The translations under genes and the position numbers were made by a program. This document shows, piece by piece, positions 49,398 to 62,008 of a stretch of DNA of 64,000 nt. The stretch lies in NCBI GenBank assembly GCA_963636275.1, contig CAVHJF010000004.1, positions 31,802-95,801 of the forward strand. Direction: 5' to 3'. Numbering within the stretch: the stretch's first letter is position 1; each line of letters starts with the position of its first letter. Under the pieces are notes generated by a model that was not told the DNA's origin, ran no database searches, and was given only the letters and a program-made list of their open reading frames with translations. Source of the DNA: Acutalibacteraceae bacterium (GTDB lineage: Bacteria > Bacteroidota > Bacteroidia > Bacteroidales > UBA932).

Positions 49398-49903
49398 AAC
49401 AGTATCCAAGTCAAAATTTAAGACATCCGGTCTCTTGTTGATGACAGAATGCCTTTGTTTATTATTGCATCAAAAAGCGGTCCTAAGTTACAAAGTAATG
49501 CGCTATGTGACAAAATGTCTGTAGCTCGGCAGTTTTATGCGTTATAAAAAGTGCTGGCGTATTTGGGGATAAGTGTCGGTTCGAGAGTGAAGTGCGGGTT
49601 CATAGTAGTCTTAAGTTAAGTGACTGTTAAGAGCCGGATAATAGGCGCTTTTTTAGGCTCTTAAATTGTCGATGACTCTGGTGAAAACTGTAAGTCGAGG
49701 CCTCTGTTTGCTCCGAATATGAATCTAAAATGTTATATACAAACGTTTTATCGGGTGTTGTAAAATTTTCTAAAAACTTTTTTAAAAATTTAATTACGTT
49801 TTAAGTTGCTGATTGAGATAATGTTAGCTTTATGCTGGCGAAAAATTGTGAAAAAATGTAAGGATGTAGTTGTCGATTAAAGAAAAAGCCGTAACTTTGC
49901 AAT

Positions 49904-50050
49904 CGAGTTGGTGATGGGGTTCTCCCACATACAGCTCGTTGGTTATTAGTTTTAGTGTTATTAATTATGTGGTTAGTGTGAGTTTTTGCGCGTGAGGCGT
50001 CATTACTCAACGGTTTAAAAAGGTCCTTTTCGAAAGAAAGGCCTTTTTTT
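49904..50050 (+). ncRNA. Candidate small RNA (~145 nt)
   Basis: TAACTTTG at 49892; 5' hairpin CGAGTTG/CAGCTCG; U/G-rich single-stranded middle; GAAA-loop terminator with T7; next gene has its own TATCTTTG at 50063. Confidence 0.6.
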
Positions 50051-50116
50051 ATTTTTTATACGTATCTTTGATTATAATTTCAACACTTATTGATTCGAAA
50101 AACCATATCAAAAGAA

Positions 50117-51163
50117 ATGGCGGAGTTGTTTTATAATGTCGGGGGGATTGTCTTCAGAATAGAATTGAGCCCGTATTGGGAGGAAATGCCTTATACGGAT
50201 GCGGTTCGGGATAAGATACGCAGTGCATCTGCGGGACTTCCTGTCAGCATTGATCCTGTGCGTGCAGGAGACAAAGTGCCACCGCGCACGTACGTTTCCG
50301 ACAAGTCGGAACTTCCTGAGGGATACAATCGCAGAATGCTTGATTTCTCTCAATATGACCCTTTCAGAACTGCTCCGTGCGAAAATCCTATGTTCTCGTT
50401 GACGGTGAGCCATCCGGAGAATGCCCCGCTTGAAGGTGCGGAGAGAAAGCTTATCGTTGAGGTGAAAGATGTGGAGCAGGGTTATAATGTATATTCGGTT
50501 TCTGGTCCGGTATCCGGAACATTGTTTGAGTTTCTCGGCAGTGACGGGTCGGTTGTTGTAAGCTATCTGATTTCTCCGGACTTCAAGACATCAAAATTGT
50601 GGCCTGCAAAGAATCTCGGTCCGTATGCAGTGATGTTTTATTTGAGTATGGCCTCGAGAATTGCATATTCCTGCACGGCTCCTTTTTACGGCAGACTTCT
50701 GTTACATTCGTCTGTAATTTCTTATAATTCAAAAGCTTTGTTGTTCCTGGGCGCAAGCGGTACCGGCAAAAGTACGCACAGCAGGCTCTGGCTAGAAAAT
50801 GTGCCGGGAACAGAATTGCTGAATGATGATAATCCGGTAATATGTCTTTCTGACGGCAGACTGAATGTTTACGGAACACCTTGGAGCGGAAAGACCCCGT
50901 GTTACCGCAATGTAAGCGCTCCCGTGGGCGCAATAGTCAGGCTGGCACAGGCATCCGAGAATAAGATTGCGCCTGTGAGCGGTCTTGAGGCCTATGCTTT
51001 GTTCGTCGGTTCTGTGTCTTGCGCGCGTTGGGAACGAGGTGTTATGGATAAAGTGACGTCATTGCTTTCAGACATTGTGTCGTCAGTCCGTTTCTTTTCG
51101 CTCGGATGCCGGCCGGACGAGGAAGCCGTCAATGTATGCCGTTCTGCGGTGGAATTAATATAA
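50117..51163 (+). CDS. HPr-kinase/PEPCK-like P-loop protein
   Basis: LLHSS, GASGTGKSTH, LNDD.P, YGTPWSGK. Confidence 0.7.
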   Translation: MAELFYNVGGIVFRIELSPYWEEMPYTDAVRDKIRSASAGLPVSIDPVRAGDKVPPRTYVSDKSELPEGYNRRMLDFSQYDPFRTAPCENPMFSLTVSHPENAPLEGAERKLIVEVKDVEQGYNVYSVSGPVSGTLFEFLGSDGSVVVSYLISPDFKTSKLWPAKNLGPYAVMFYLSMASRIAYSCTAPFYGRLLLHSSVISYNSKALLFLGASGTGKSTHSRLWLENVPGTELLNDDNPVICLSDGRLNVYGTPWSGKTPCYRNVSAPVGAIVRLAQASENKIAPVSGLEAYALFVGSVSCARWERGVMDKVTSLLSDIVSSVRFFSLGCRPDEEAVNVCRSAVELI

Positions 51164-51197
51164 ATTCACTATATTTGGACAGAACACTACTTACATT

Positions 51198-52256
51198 ATG
51201 AATACACACGTTGTAATAATGGCCGGCGGCATAGGAAGCAGACTGTGGCCGATAAGCACGCCGGAGACTCCGAAACAGTTCGTTGACGTTCTGGGCGTAG
51301 GAAAATCTCTCATTCAGTTGACTGTAGAAAGATTCAGACCTATATGTGAATATGACAGAATTTGGATTGTGACTTCGCGCAATTATGTGGATGTGGTGAA
51401 AAAACAGCTTCCGCAAATACCTGAGTCACAGATTCTTGCAGAGCCTGTTCCTCGTAATACGGCTCCCTGTATCGCGTATGCCTGCTGGAAAATCAATGCG
51501 AAGGATCCTGATGCCAATATCGTGGTGACTCCTTCGGATGCGCTGGTGCTTCGTACCGGTAAATTTGCGGACTGCATACGCAAAGCGTTGAATTTCACCG
51601 CAGATTCAGACAATATTGTCACAATCGGAATTCATCCGGATAGGCCTGAGACCGGTTACGGATACATCTGCTCCGCATCAACGGAAGAAGATAAGTTGGT
51701 CAAAGTCAAGGAGTTCAAGGAAAAACCGGATCTTGAGACAGCGAAGTCTTACCTGAAGGCTGGTTCGTATTTCTGGAATGCCGGCATATTCGTCTGGTCC
51801 GTGAAAACCATAATGTCTCAGTTGAGGGAATTTGCTCCGCAGATTTGCGGCATTATGGACAGGCTCTCCGAGTCGTTCGATACCCCCGCGGAAGATACTG
51901 CGTTGTCGGAGCTCTTTCCTCAGTGCGACAAGATTTCGATTGACTATGCCGTTATGGAGAAATCTCCTAATATATATGTGATAGCTTCGGATTTGGAATG
52001 GTCGGACCTTGGCAGCTGGAGTTCAGTAGGAAGTAAAATCGAGCAGGATGAGAATGGCAACAGAACGGTAGGTGCGGATGTGCGTCTGTTCAATTGCGAC
52101 AACTGCATAGTTCACGCCGGAGATGCTGAAACTGTAATAGTTGACGGTCTCAAGGACTATGTCGTGGCCGAGAAGAACGGTCGTTTCCTTGTTTGTCCTG
52201 TTTCCGACGAGCAGAAAATCCGGGATTTTTCATCATCCGAATCCAAACGTAAGTAG
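51198..52256 (+). CDS. manC: Mannose-1-phosphate guanylyltransferase
   Basis: MAGGIGSRLWP.S...PKQF, EP..RNTAP, ETGYGYI, FKEKP, WNAGIF, SIDYAVME, WSDLGSW. Confidence 0.92.
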   Translation: MNTHVVIMAGGIGSRLWPISTPETPKQFVDVLGVGKSLIQLTVERFRPICEYDRIWIVTSRNYVDVVKKQLPQIPESQILAEPVPRNTAPCIAYACWKINAKDPDANIVVTPSDALVLRTGKFADCIRKALNFTADSDNIVTIGIHPDRPETGYGYICSASTEEDKLVKVKEFKEKPDLETAKSYLKAGSYFWNAGIFVWSVKTIMSQLREFAPQICGIMDRLSESFDTPAEDTALSELFPQCDKISIDYAVMEKSPNIYVIASDLEWSDLGSWSSVGSKIEQDENGNRTVGADVRLFNCDNCIVHAGDAETVIVDGLKDYVVAEKNGRFLVCPVSDEQKIRDFSSSESKRK

Positions 52257-52319
52257 GTGGTAATCATAGTATTAGCGCCATTGTGGTGATAAGGATATGA
52301 TAAGTGGTAAGAATTATTT

Positions 52320-52390
52320 CGGAGCGTAGCGACCGAAGGGGTTTCGGGGAATACTTTCCCCGTGCTCCTGGGAGCTGTCGCTTTAGCGAC
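52320..52390. repeat. GC-rich multi-hairpin intergenic element (REP-like)
   Basis: GAGCGTAGCGAC, CGGGGAA/TTCCCCG, GCTCC/GGAGC, GTCGCT/AGCGAC hairpins in tandem. Confidence 0.4.
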
Positions 52391-52474
52391 TGAGGGTAAG
52401 CAGCAAACTTGCGCGAATCACTACAAAAGAGATTTGAGTAGGGAAGATATATACTAGAGGAATTTGAGTTATTT

Positions 52475-53803
52475 ATGAGAATAGCAATTGTAGGTACAGG
52501 ATACGTAGGTCTCGTGAGCGGAACCTGTTTTGCGGAAATGGGGGCTGACGTTACTTGTATTGATGTGGATCAATCCAAGATAGACAGGCTGTTGGCTGGA
52601 GATATTCCTATTTATGAGCCTCAGCTTGACGAAATGGTGGCGCGCAACGTGAAGGAGGGGAGACTCCACTTCTCCGTTGATCTGTCACAATGTATAGATG
52701 ACGTCGAGATTATATTCAGCGCTGTCGGAACACCTCCCGATGAGGACGGAAGCGCTGACTTGAAATATGTGCTGGAAGTCGCGCGTACTGTCGGGCGTAA
52801 TATGCACAAATATGTGCTTCTTGTAACCAAATCTACTGTGCCTGTCGGAACGGCCTCCAAAGTGCGTTCTGTAATATCTGAAGAACTCTCGAAGAGAGGA
52901 TTGGATATTCCGTTTGACGTTGCCTCAAATCCTGAGTTTCTCAAGGAGGGGACTGCAATCAAGGATTTTATGAGCCCAGACAGGGTGGTTGTAGGCGTCG
53001 ATTCGGAAAGGGCTAAGGACTTGCTGTCCAGGTTGTACAGGCCGTTCCTGCTCAAGAGTTTCAGGGTGATTTTCACCGACATAGCATCTGCGGAAATGAT
53101 AAAGTATGCGGCCAATTCGATGCTTGCTACGCGAATCAGTTTTATGAACGATATCGCCAATCTTTGTGAGGCGGTCGGTGCGGACGTGAATCTGGTCAGG
53201 CAGGGAATCGGTGCGGATACGCGAATCGGGAGCAAATTCCTATATCCTGGATGCGGATATGGCGGCAGTTGTTTCCCGAAGGACGTCAAAGCGCTCATAC
53301 GCACTGCGCAGAAAAACGGGTGCAAGATGCGTGTGCTGGAGGCAGTCGAGGCGGTCAATGAAGAGCAGAAACATCTGGTGTTCAAGAAATTGGACCACTA
53401 TTTCGAACACGATCTCAAAGGCCGCAAGATTGCAGTCTGGGGACTCGCATTCAAGCCGGATACAGACGATATGCGCGAGGCTACTTCATTGGTCACTATC
53501 GCAAATTTGCTTGACGCGGGCTGTGAAGTGTCTGTATATGACCCTGTTGCGATGAACGAATGCAGACGGCGTATGGGAGACAGTGTTAACTATGCTTCAG
53601 ATATTTATGATGCGGTTACCGGAGCGGATGCTCTTCTGATGCTGACTGAATGGAAGCAATTCAGAATGCCGATGTGGGATAAGGTTAAGTCTGTGATGAG
53701 ATTTCCGCTTGTCATAGACGGACGTAACATATATGATCCGGAATCAATGAAAGAGATGGGTTTTGTATATTCCTGCATAGGAAGAAACGCTGTGCATCAA
53801 TGA
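52475..53803 (+). CDS. ugd: UDP-glucose 6-dehydrogenase
   Basis: GTGYVG, KSTVPVGT, SNPEFLKEG, GYGGSCFPKD, GLAFKP.TDDMRE, DGRN. Confidence 0.93.
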   Translation: MRIAIVGTGYVGLVSGTCFAEMGADVTCIDVDQSKIDRLLAGDIPIYEPQLDEMVARNVKEGRLHFSVDLSQCIDDVEIIFSAVGTPPDEDGSADLKYVLEVARTVGRNMHKYVLLVTKSTVPVGTASKVRSVISEELSKRGLDIPFDVASNPEFLKEGTAIKDFMSPDRVVVGVDSERAKDLLSRLYRPFLLKSFRVIFTDIASAEMIKYAANSMLATRISFMNDIANLCEAVGADVNLVRQGIGADTRIGSKFLYPGCGYGGSCFPKDVKALIRTAQKNGCKMRVLEAVEAVNEEQKHLVFKKLDHYFEHDLKGRKIAVWGLAFKPDTDDMREATSLVTIANLLDAGCEVSVYDPVAMNECRRRMGDSVNYASDIYDAVTGADALLMLTEWKQFRMPMWDKVKSVMRFPLVIDGRNIYDPESMKEMGFVYSCIGRNAVHQ

Positions 53804-54882
53804 AATATATCTTTATTATCCAAGGTGAGGGAAGAGGGCATCTTACCCAGGCGATGACTCTGGAAATGTTGTTGGAGTCACGTGGACACGAAGTCGTGGA
53901 AATGTTGGTTGGCAAAAGCCCGACCAGAAAACTTCCGGCATTCTTTACTGAAGGCATCCACGCAAAACTTACCTGTTTCGAGTCCGTGAATTTTGCGACA
54001 TCTGCGGACGGAAAGCATCCGAGCATATTGAAGTCAATATGGTTCAATACGATAAATGCGTCCAAGATAATTCCGTCTATTTCCTTGATTGCCAAGCGTA
54101 TAAAGGAAAGCGGGGCGGATGCCGTAGTGAATTTCTATGAGATGCTCGGTACTGTAGGCTATTGGAAATCAGGACGAAAGGTTCCGATGTTCTGCATTGC
54201 CCATCAATTCCTGTTCCTGCATAAAGATATGAGGCTGCCCCGAAAGGGATTCGCCGGGCACGGCTCTCTCAACTTCTTCTCACGTTGCATAGCGTTAGGT
54301 TCTCGTAAGATATTGGCTCTGTCGTTCAGGGCTATGAATGATGACGGACGAATCGCTGTGGTGCCTCCGCTTCTGCGCCCTGCACTTCTGGCTTACAGAA
54401 AAAGTCCCGAATTTGTCTCAGGCAACTACATTCTAGGTTATATTCTGAATGCGGGCTTTGCAGAGGAAGTGATGGCCTGGCATAAAGCGCATCCGGAGGT
54501 GCATCTGCACTTCTTTTGGGATAATGCTGTTGAAGCTCCGGTTAAGGTCGTGGATGATACATTGAGTTTCTATTATCTTGATGATAAGGAGTTTATGCGG
54601 CAGATGGCCGGGTGCGGAGCCTATGCTTCGACTGCAGGTTTCGAGTCGATATGCGAAGCAATGTATCTGGGCAAGCCGTTGATGATGGTGCCGTCGCATA
54701 TTGAACAGCAATGCAATGCGTATGATGCCACACGTTTCTGCGCCGCTGTATCTTCAGATAAATTCAATCTTGACGTTCTGCTCGAGTTCTCCAAAAACGG
54801 AAGATTCCACCCCGACAGGAACTTCCCTGAGTGGGCGGAATCCGCTTCAAACTACATAGTCTCCGCTCTGGAAGATGTTTAG
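53800..54882 (+). CDS. GT-B glycosyltransferase (MJ1255/GT28-like)
   Basis: QGEGRGH, TAGFESICEAMYLGKP..VP...EQ..NA. Confidence 0.85.
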   Translation: MKYIFIIQGEGRGHLTQAMTLEMLLESRGHEVVEMLVGKSPTRKLPAFFTEGIHAKLTCFESVNFATSADGKHPSILKSIWFNTINASKIIPSISLIAKRIKESGADAVVNFYEMLGTVGYWKSGRKVPMFCIAHQFLFLHKDMRLPRKGFAGHGSLNFFSRCIALGSRKILALSFRAMNDDGRIAVVPPLLRPALLAYRKSPEFVSGNYILGYILNAGFAEEVMAWHKAHPEVHLHFFWDNAVEAPVKVVDDTLSFYYLDDKEFMRQMAGCGAYASTAGFESICEAMYLGKPLMMVPSHIEQQCNAYDATRFCAAVSSDKFNLDVLLEFSKNGRFHPDRNFPEWAESASNYIVSALEDV

Positions 54883-54971
54883 TGGATATTCTCCTTATTT
54901 TAGATAAAATCAGAATTTTGCAACCAAAGGGCTTTTGGGAATGATTGACGAAAACAAAGCATTAGAACTGA

Positions 54972-55355
54972 TTGCCCAAGGTGAAGTTCGGCTCCGGCAT
55001 TCCACGAATGACCAATTTGATGGCTGAAGCCGGACTTCCTGCTCCGGAGTACAGGACAGAAGGATTCTTTACAACAGTTCTTTATAAGAAATCTCCGACA
55101 TCTTTCAAAAATGTCGGAGAAAATGTCGGAGAAAATGTCGGAGAAAATGTCACGGAGAATCTGAAAGGGATTGCAAAAAGAGAAAAGTCAATTATAGAGC
55201 TTATTCGTTCAAAACCAAAGATATCGACAGCCGAATTATCCAAAATTCTGAATGTTTCAGAAAGGACTGTGGATCGCGACATAGCACGTTTACGTGAAGG
55301 TAAGAAGATTATCCGTCAAGGTGGCGATAAAGGTGGCGAGTGGATTGTCCTTTAG
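54972..55355 (+). pseudogene. C-terminal fragment of RecG-C/ATP-binding HTH protein
   Basis: Begins at KFGSGIPRM..GLPAP, ends with wHTH (S.RTV.RDI..L...R.G.DKGG.W); the expected N-terminal domains are absent. Confidence 0.6.
55108..55151 (+). repeat. 12-bp tandem repeat AAAATGTCGGAG x3 plus partial copy (NVGE linker)
   Basis: Directly visible. Confidence 0.9.
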
Positions 55356-55561
55356 TTTTCCGGTAACCCATTACCTCCAACAATTGCTAGAAATCGTTTT
55401 TCTGTCAGGAAATTTTAGCCTATGATTACCGAAAATCGACAACTGTGTTTACGTCTTTGTCGCTGCTGACTCTGATGTAACCGTAAATCATACTCATTTT
55501 CGATTATTGTGTTTGATTGCTGAAAGTTGACTATCTTTATACAGTCTATTATCGGTTTTTT

Positions 55562-55849
55562 ATGAAAGGTACAGCCTCATATCTGATGAAGTTTCTTGAT
55601 GGATCACAGAAGCGTTTCATCATCCCAGTATATCAGCGCAACTATGATTGGAAGAAAGAGAACTGCAAACAACTCTTCGACGATTTGGTGAATGTTGTCA
55701 GGGAGAAAAAGGGGAAGTTTACATTTGCGTTCATGAAATCGGCAGGACAGAAGATATTTGACATAAAAAAGCGACTGATGCCCGGAGCGAATTTCTCATT
55801 TATTTTGAGCGCAAGGCACAGTCGCTTATTTAGAATATTTTCAACGTGA
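55562..55849 (+). pseudogene. N-terminal fragment of DUF262 (GmrSD-like) protein
   Basis: FIIPVYQRNYDW....C.QLFDDL motif, then runs into unrelated terminator sequence without the DGQQR motif. Confidence 0.7.
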
Positions 55850-55895
55850 ACAGCCTGTAAAACAGGTAGTCACGAAGTCGGCAGGTGGCTGAAAA

Positions 55896-60368
<4,473 letters not shown>

Positions 60369-60435
60369 TCAGCCAGAAAAAAATCTTCGCACGGTTTTTT
60401 GAGATTTGCCGGAAAGTGTATAACTTTACGGCGTT

Positions 60436-60486
60436 ATGAGTGGAACTTCTTTCATATCTATGATGTCAATGCGAATGCAACGCTAA
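60436..60486 (+). CDS. Putative Met-rich leader peptide MSGTSFISMMSMRMQR
   Basis: 16 codons, 4 internal ATG within 6 codons; 7 nt after -7-like TAACTTTA; upstream of metX. Confidence 0.65.
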   Translation: MSGTSFISMMSMRMQR

Positions 60487-60508
60487 GTTGCATCCTTTCT
60501 TTTGTGTT
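60475..60508 (+). terminator. Attenuator-like hairpin overlapping leader stop codon
   Basis: ATGCAAC-GCTAA-GTTGCAT followed by CCTTTCTTTTGTGTT. Confidence 0.55.
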
Positions 60509-60633
60509 CGACAGTCAGACGGAGTTCTTTCGCGGACGATTTCCCAAATTAACGACATTTTTTATTGCTCAGGCATTTGCTTTGGCGGCATTTCGTATTG
60601 CTGTGAAACTTTGCCGTTACATTATGTGCAGAA

Positions 60634-61998
60634 ATGGAATATCACGAATATATATATAATCACGAATTTGAATTCGAGACGGGTGCAATCCTGCCTCGGC
60701 TGAAAATCGCGTTTCATACGTCGAGTTCTCAGATAGGTCAGGCTGTGTCTGATGCAGAAGACTGGAAAACTGCAATTGCGGGGCGAAAGGTTGTATGGGT
60801 TTGTCACGCGCTTACTGCAAACTCGGATGTGGAAGAATGGTGGCCGGGAATCGCCGGGCGCGGAAAGTTCATTGATCCTGACAAATATTTTGTTGTCTGT
60901 GTCAATATGCTCGGCTCCTGTTACGGGACCTCAGGCCCTTCAGAGACAGTTCCTTGTGCTATGGACGAAGCGGTTAGAGATGGGTCCTTGCGGTCATCAG
61001 ATTCATTGAAGTTATCAGAATTGTCGTCTTATTCGCATCGTAGATGTCCTTATCTTCTTGATTTTCCGGAGGTTACCATAAGGGATATCGTCAATGTCAA
61101 TATAATCGTGCGCAAACTGCTGGGAATCGACAAGATTGATTTCTTGGTAGGAAGTTCAATCGGCGGATTCCAGGCTGTCGAATGGCTGGTGATGGAGCCT
61201 GAGGTGATGGAAAAATCGCTTCTGATGGCTACAGCCGCAAGGGTTTCGCCTTGGCTGAGCGCCTGGGAAGAGACCCAGCGAATGGCATTGGAAGCCGACC
61301 CTACGTTCAAGAATCCTTATCTGCTGCTGAATGCAAATGAAGATTCTGAGCGAAGTTTGGACGATAATAGTTTGCAGAATATCGGAAGAAAGTACCTGTC
61401 GGAAAAAGAAAATAGCGGTCAAAGCCTGGCTGGTGAAAACGCAGGAAAAAACGGAAGGGAGTGTCTGGCGACAGAAGCGAATAGTGAACTGGGCGCGCAG
61501 GCTGATGACAGCGTATTAAGCGATGAAGAATATTGCAAGACGTTGTTGAGGGGAGGTGAGAACGGACTCCGGGTCGCGCGTGCGATTGCGATGTTGTCCT
61601 ACAGGAGTGCCGCCGGGTATAATGCAACGCAGGCTGAAAGGTCTGATGATGTGATTTTTGCTGAAAGAGCGGCTTCGTATCAGAGGCATCAGGGCAAGAA
61701 ACTGTCGGACAGATTTGACGCATACTCCTATTACTCACTGTCTTGCTCGTTGGATAGTCACAATGTCGGACGCGGACGCGGGGGAGTGAAGTCAGCATTG
61801 TCAACGATTAAATCCAAGGTGACGGTGGTCGGAATTGACAGTGACGGATGTTTCCCGCCTGATGAGGTTCACAGTATGTCGGAGTTGATACCCGGTGCAA
61901 GATATTTTGAGATTACATCGGCTTTCGGTCACGACGGGTTCCTCTTGGAAAATGATCAGATAGAGAAAATTTTGGATTCGATTCTTAACGAAAAATAG
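60634..61998 (+). CDS. metX: Homoserine O-acyltransferase (MetX family) with two long insertions
   Basis: CHALTANS, NMLGSCYG, GSSIGG, AR.IAMLSYRS, YQ.HQG.KL..RFDA, GIDSD, FGHDGFL. Confidence 0.9.
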   Translation: MEYHEYIYNHEFEFETGAILPRLKIAFHTSSSQIGQAVSDAEDWKTAIAGRKVVWVCHALTANSDVEEWWPGIAGRGKFIDPDKYFVVCVNMLGSCYGTSGPSETVPCAMDEAVRDGSLRSSDSLKLSELSSYSHRRCPYLLDFPEVTIRDIVNVNIIVRKLLGIDKIDFLVGSSIGGFQAVEWLVMEPEVMEKSLLMATAARVSPWLSAWEETQRMALEADPTFKNPYLLLNANEDSERSLDDNSLQNIGRKYLSEKENSGQSLAGENAGKNGRECLATEANSELGAQADDSVLSDEEYCKTLLRGGENGLRVARAIAMLSYRSAAGYNATQAERSDDVIFAERAASYQRHQGKKLSDRFDAYSYYSLSCSLDSHNVGRGRGGVKSALSTIKSKVTVVGIDSDGCFPPDEVHSMSELIPGARYFEITSAFGHDGFLLENDQIEKILDSILNEK

Positions 61999-62008
61999 AT
62001 ATAAAAAT

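Noticed and set aside
48441..49421. 326-aa plus-strand ORF rich in V/M/I
   Set aside because: Antisense shadow of the His/Asp triplet tract and body of the COG0523 gene
60490..60633. SAM riboswitch or T-box upstream of metX
   Set aside because: No SAM-I ATCNAGAG core, SAM-II consensus or T-box GGTGGNACC recognised
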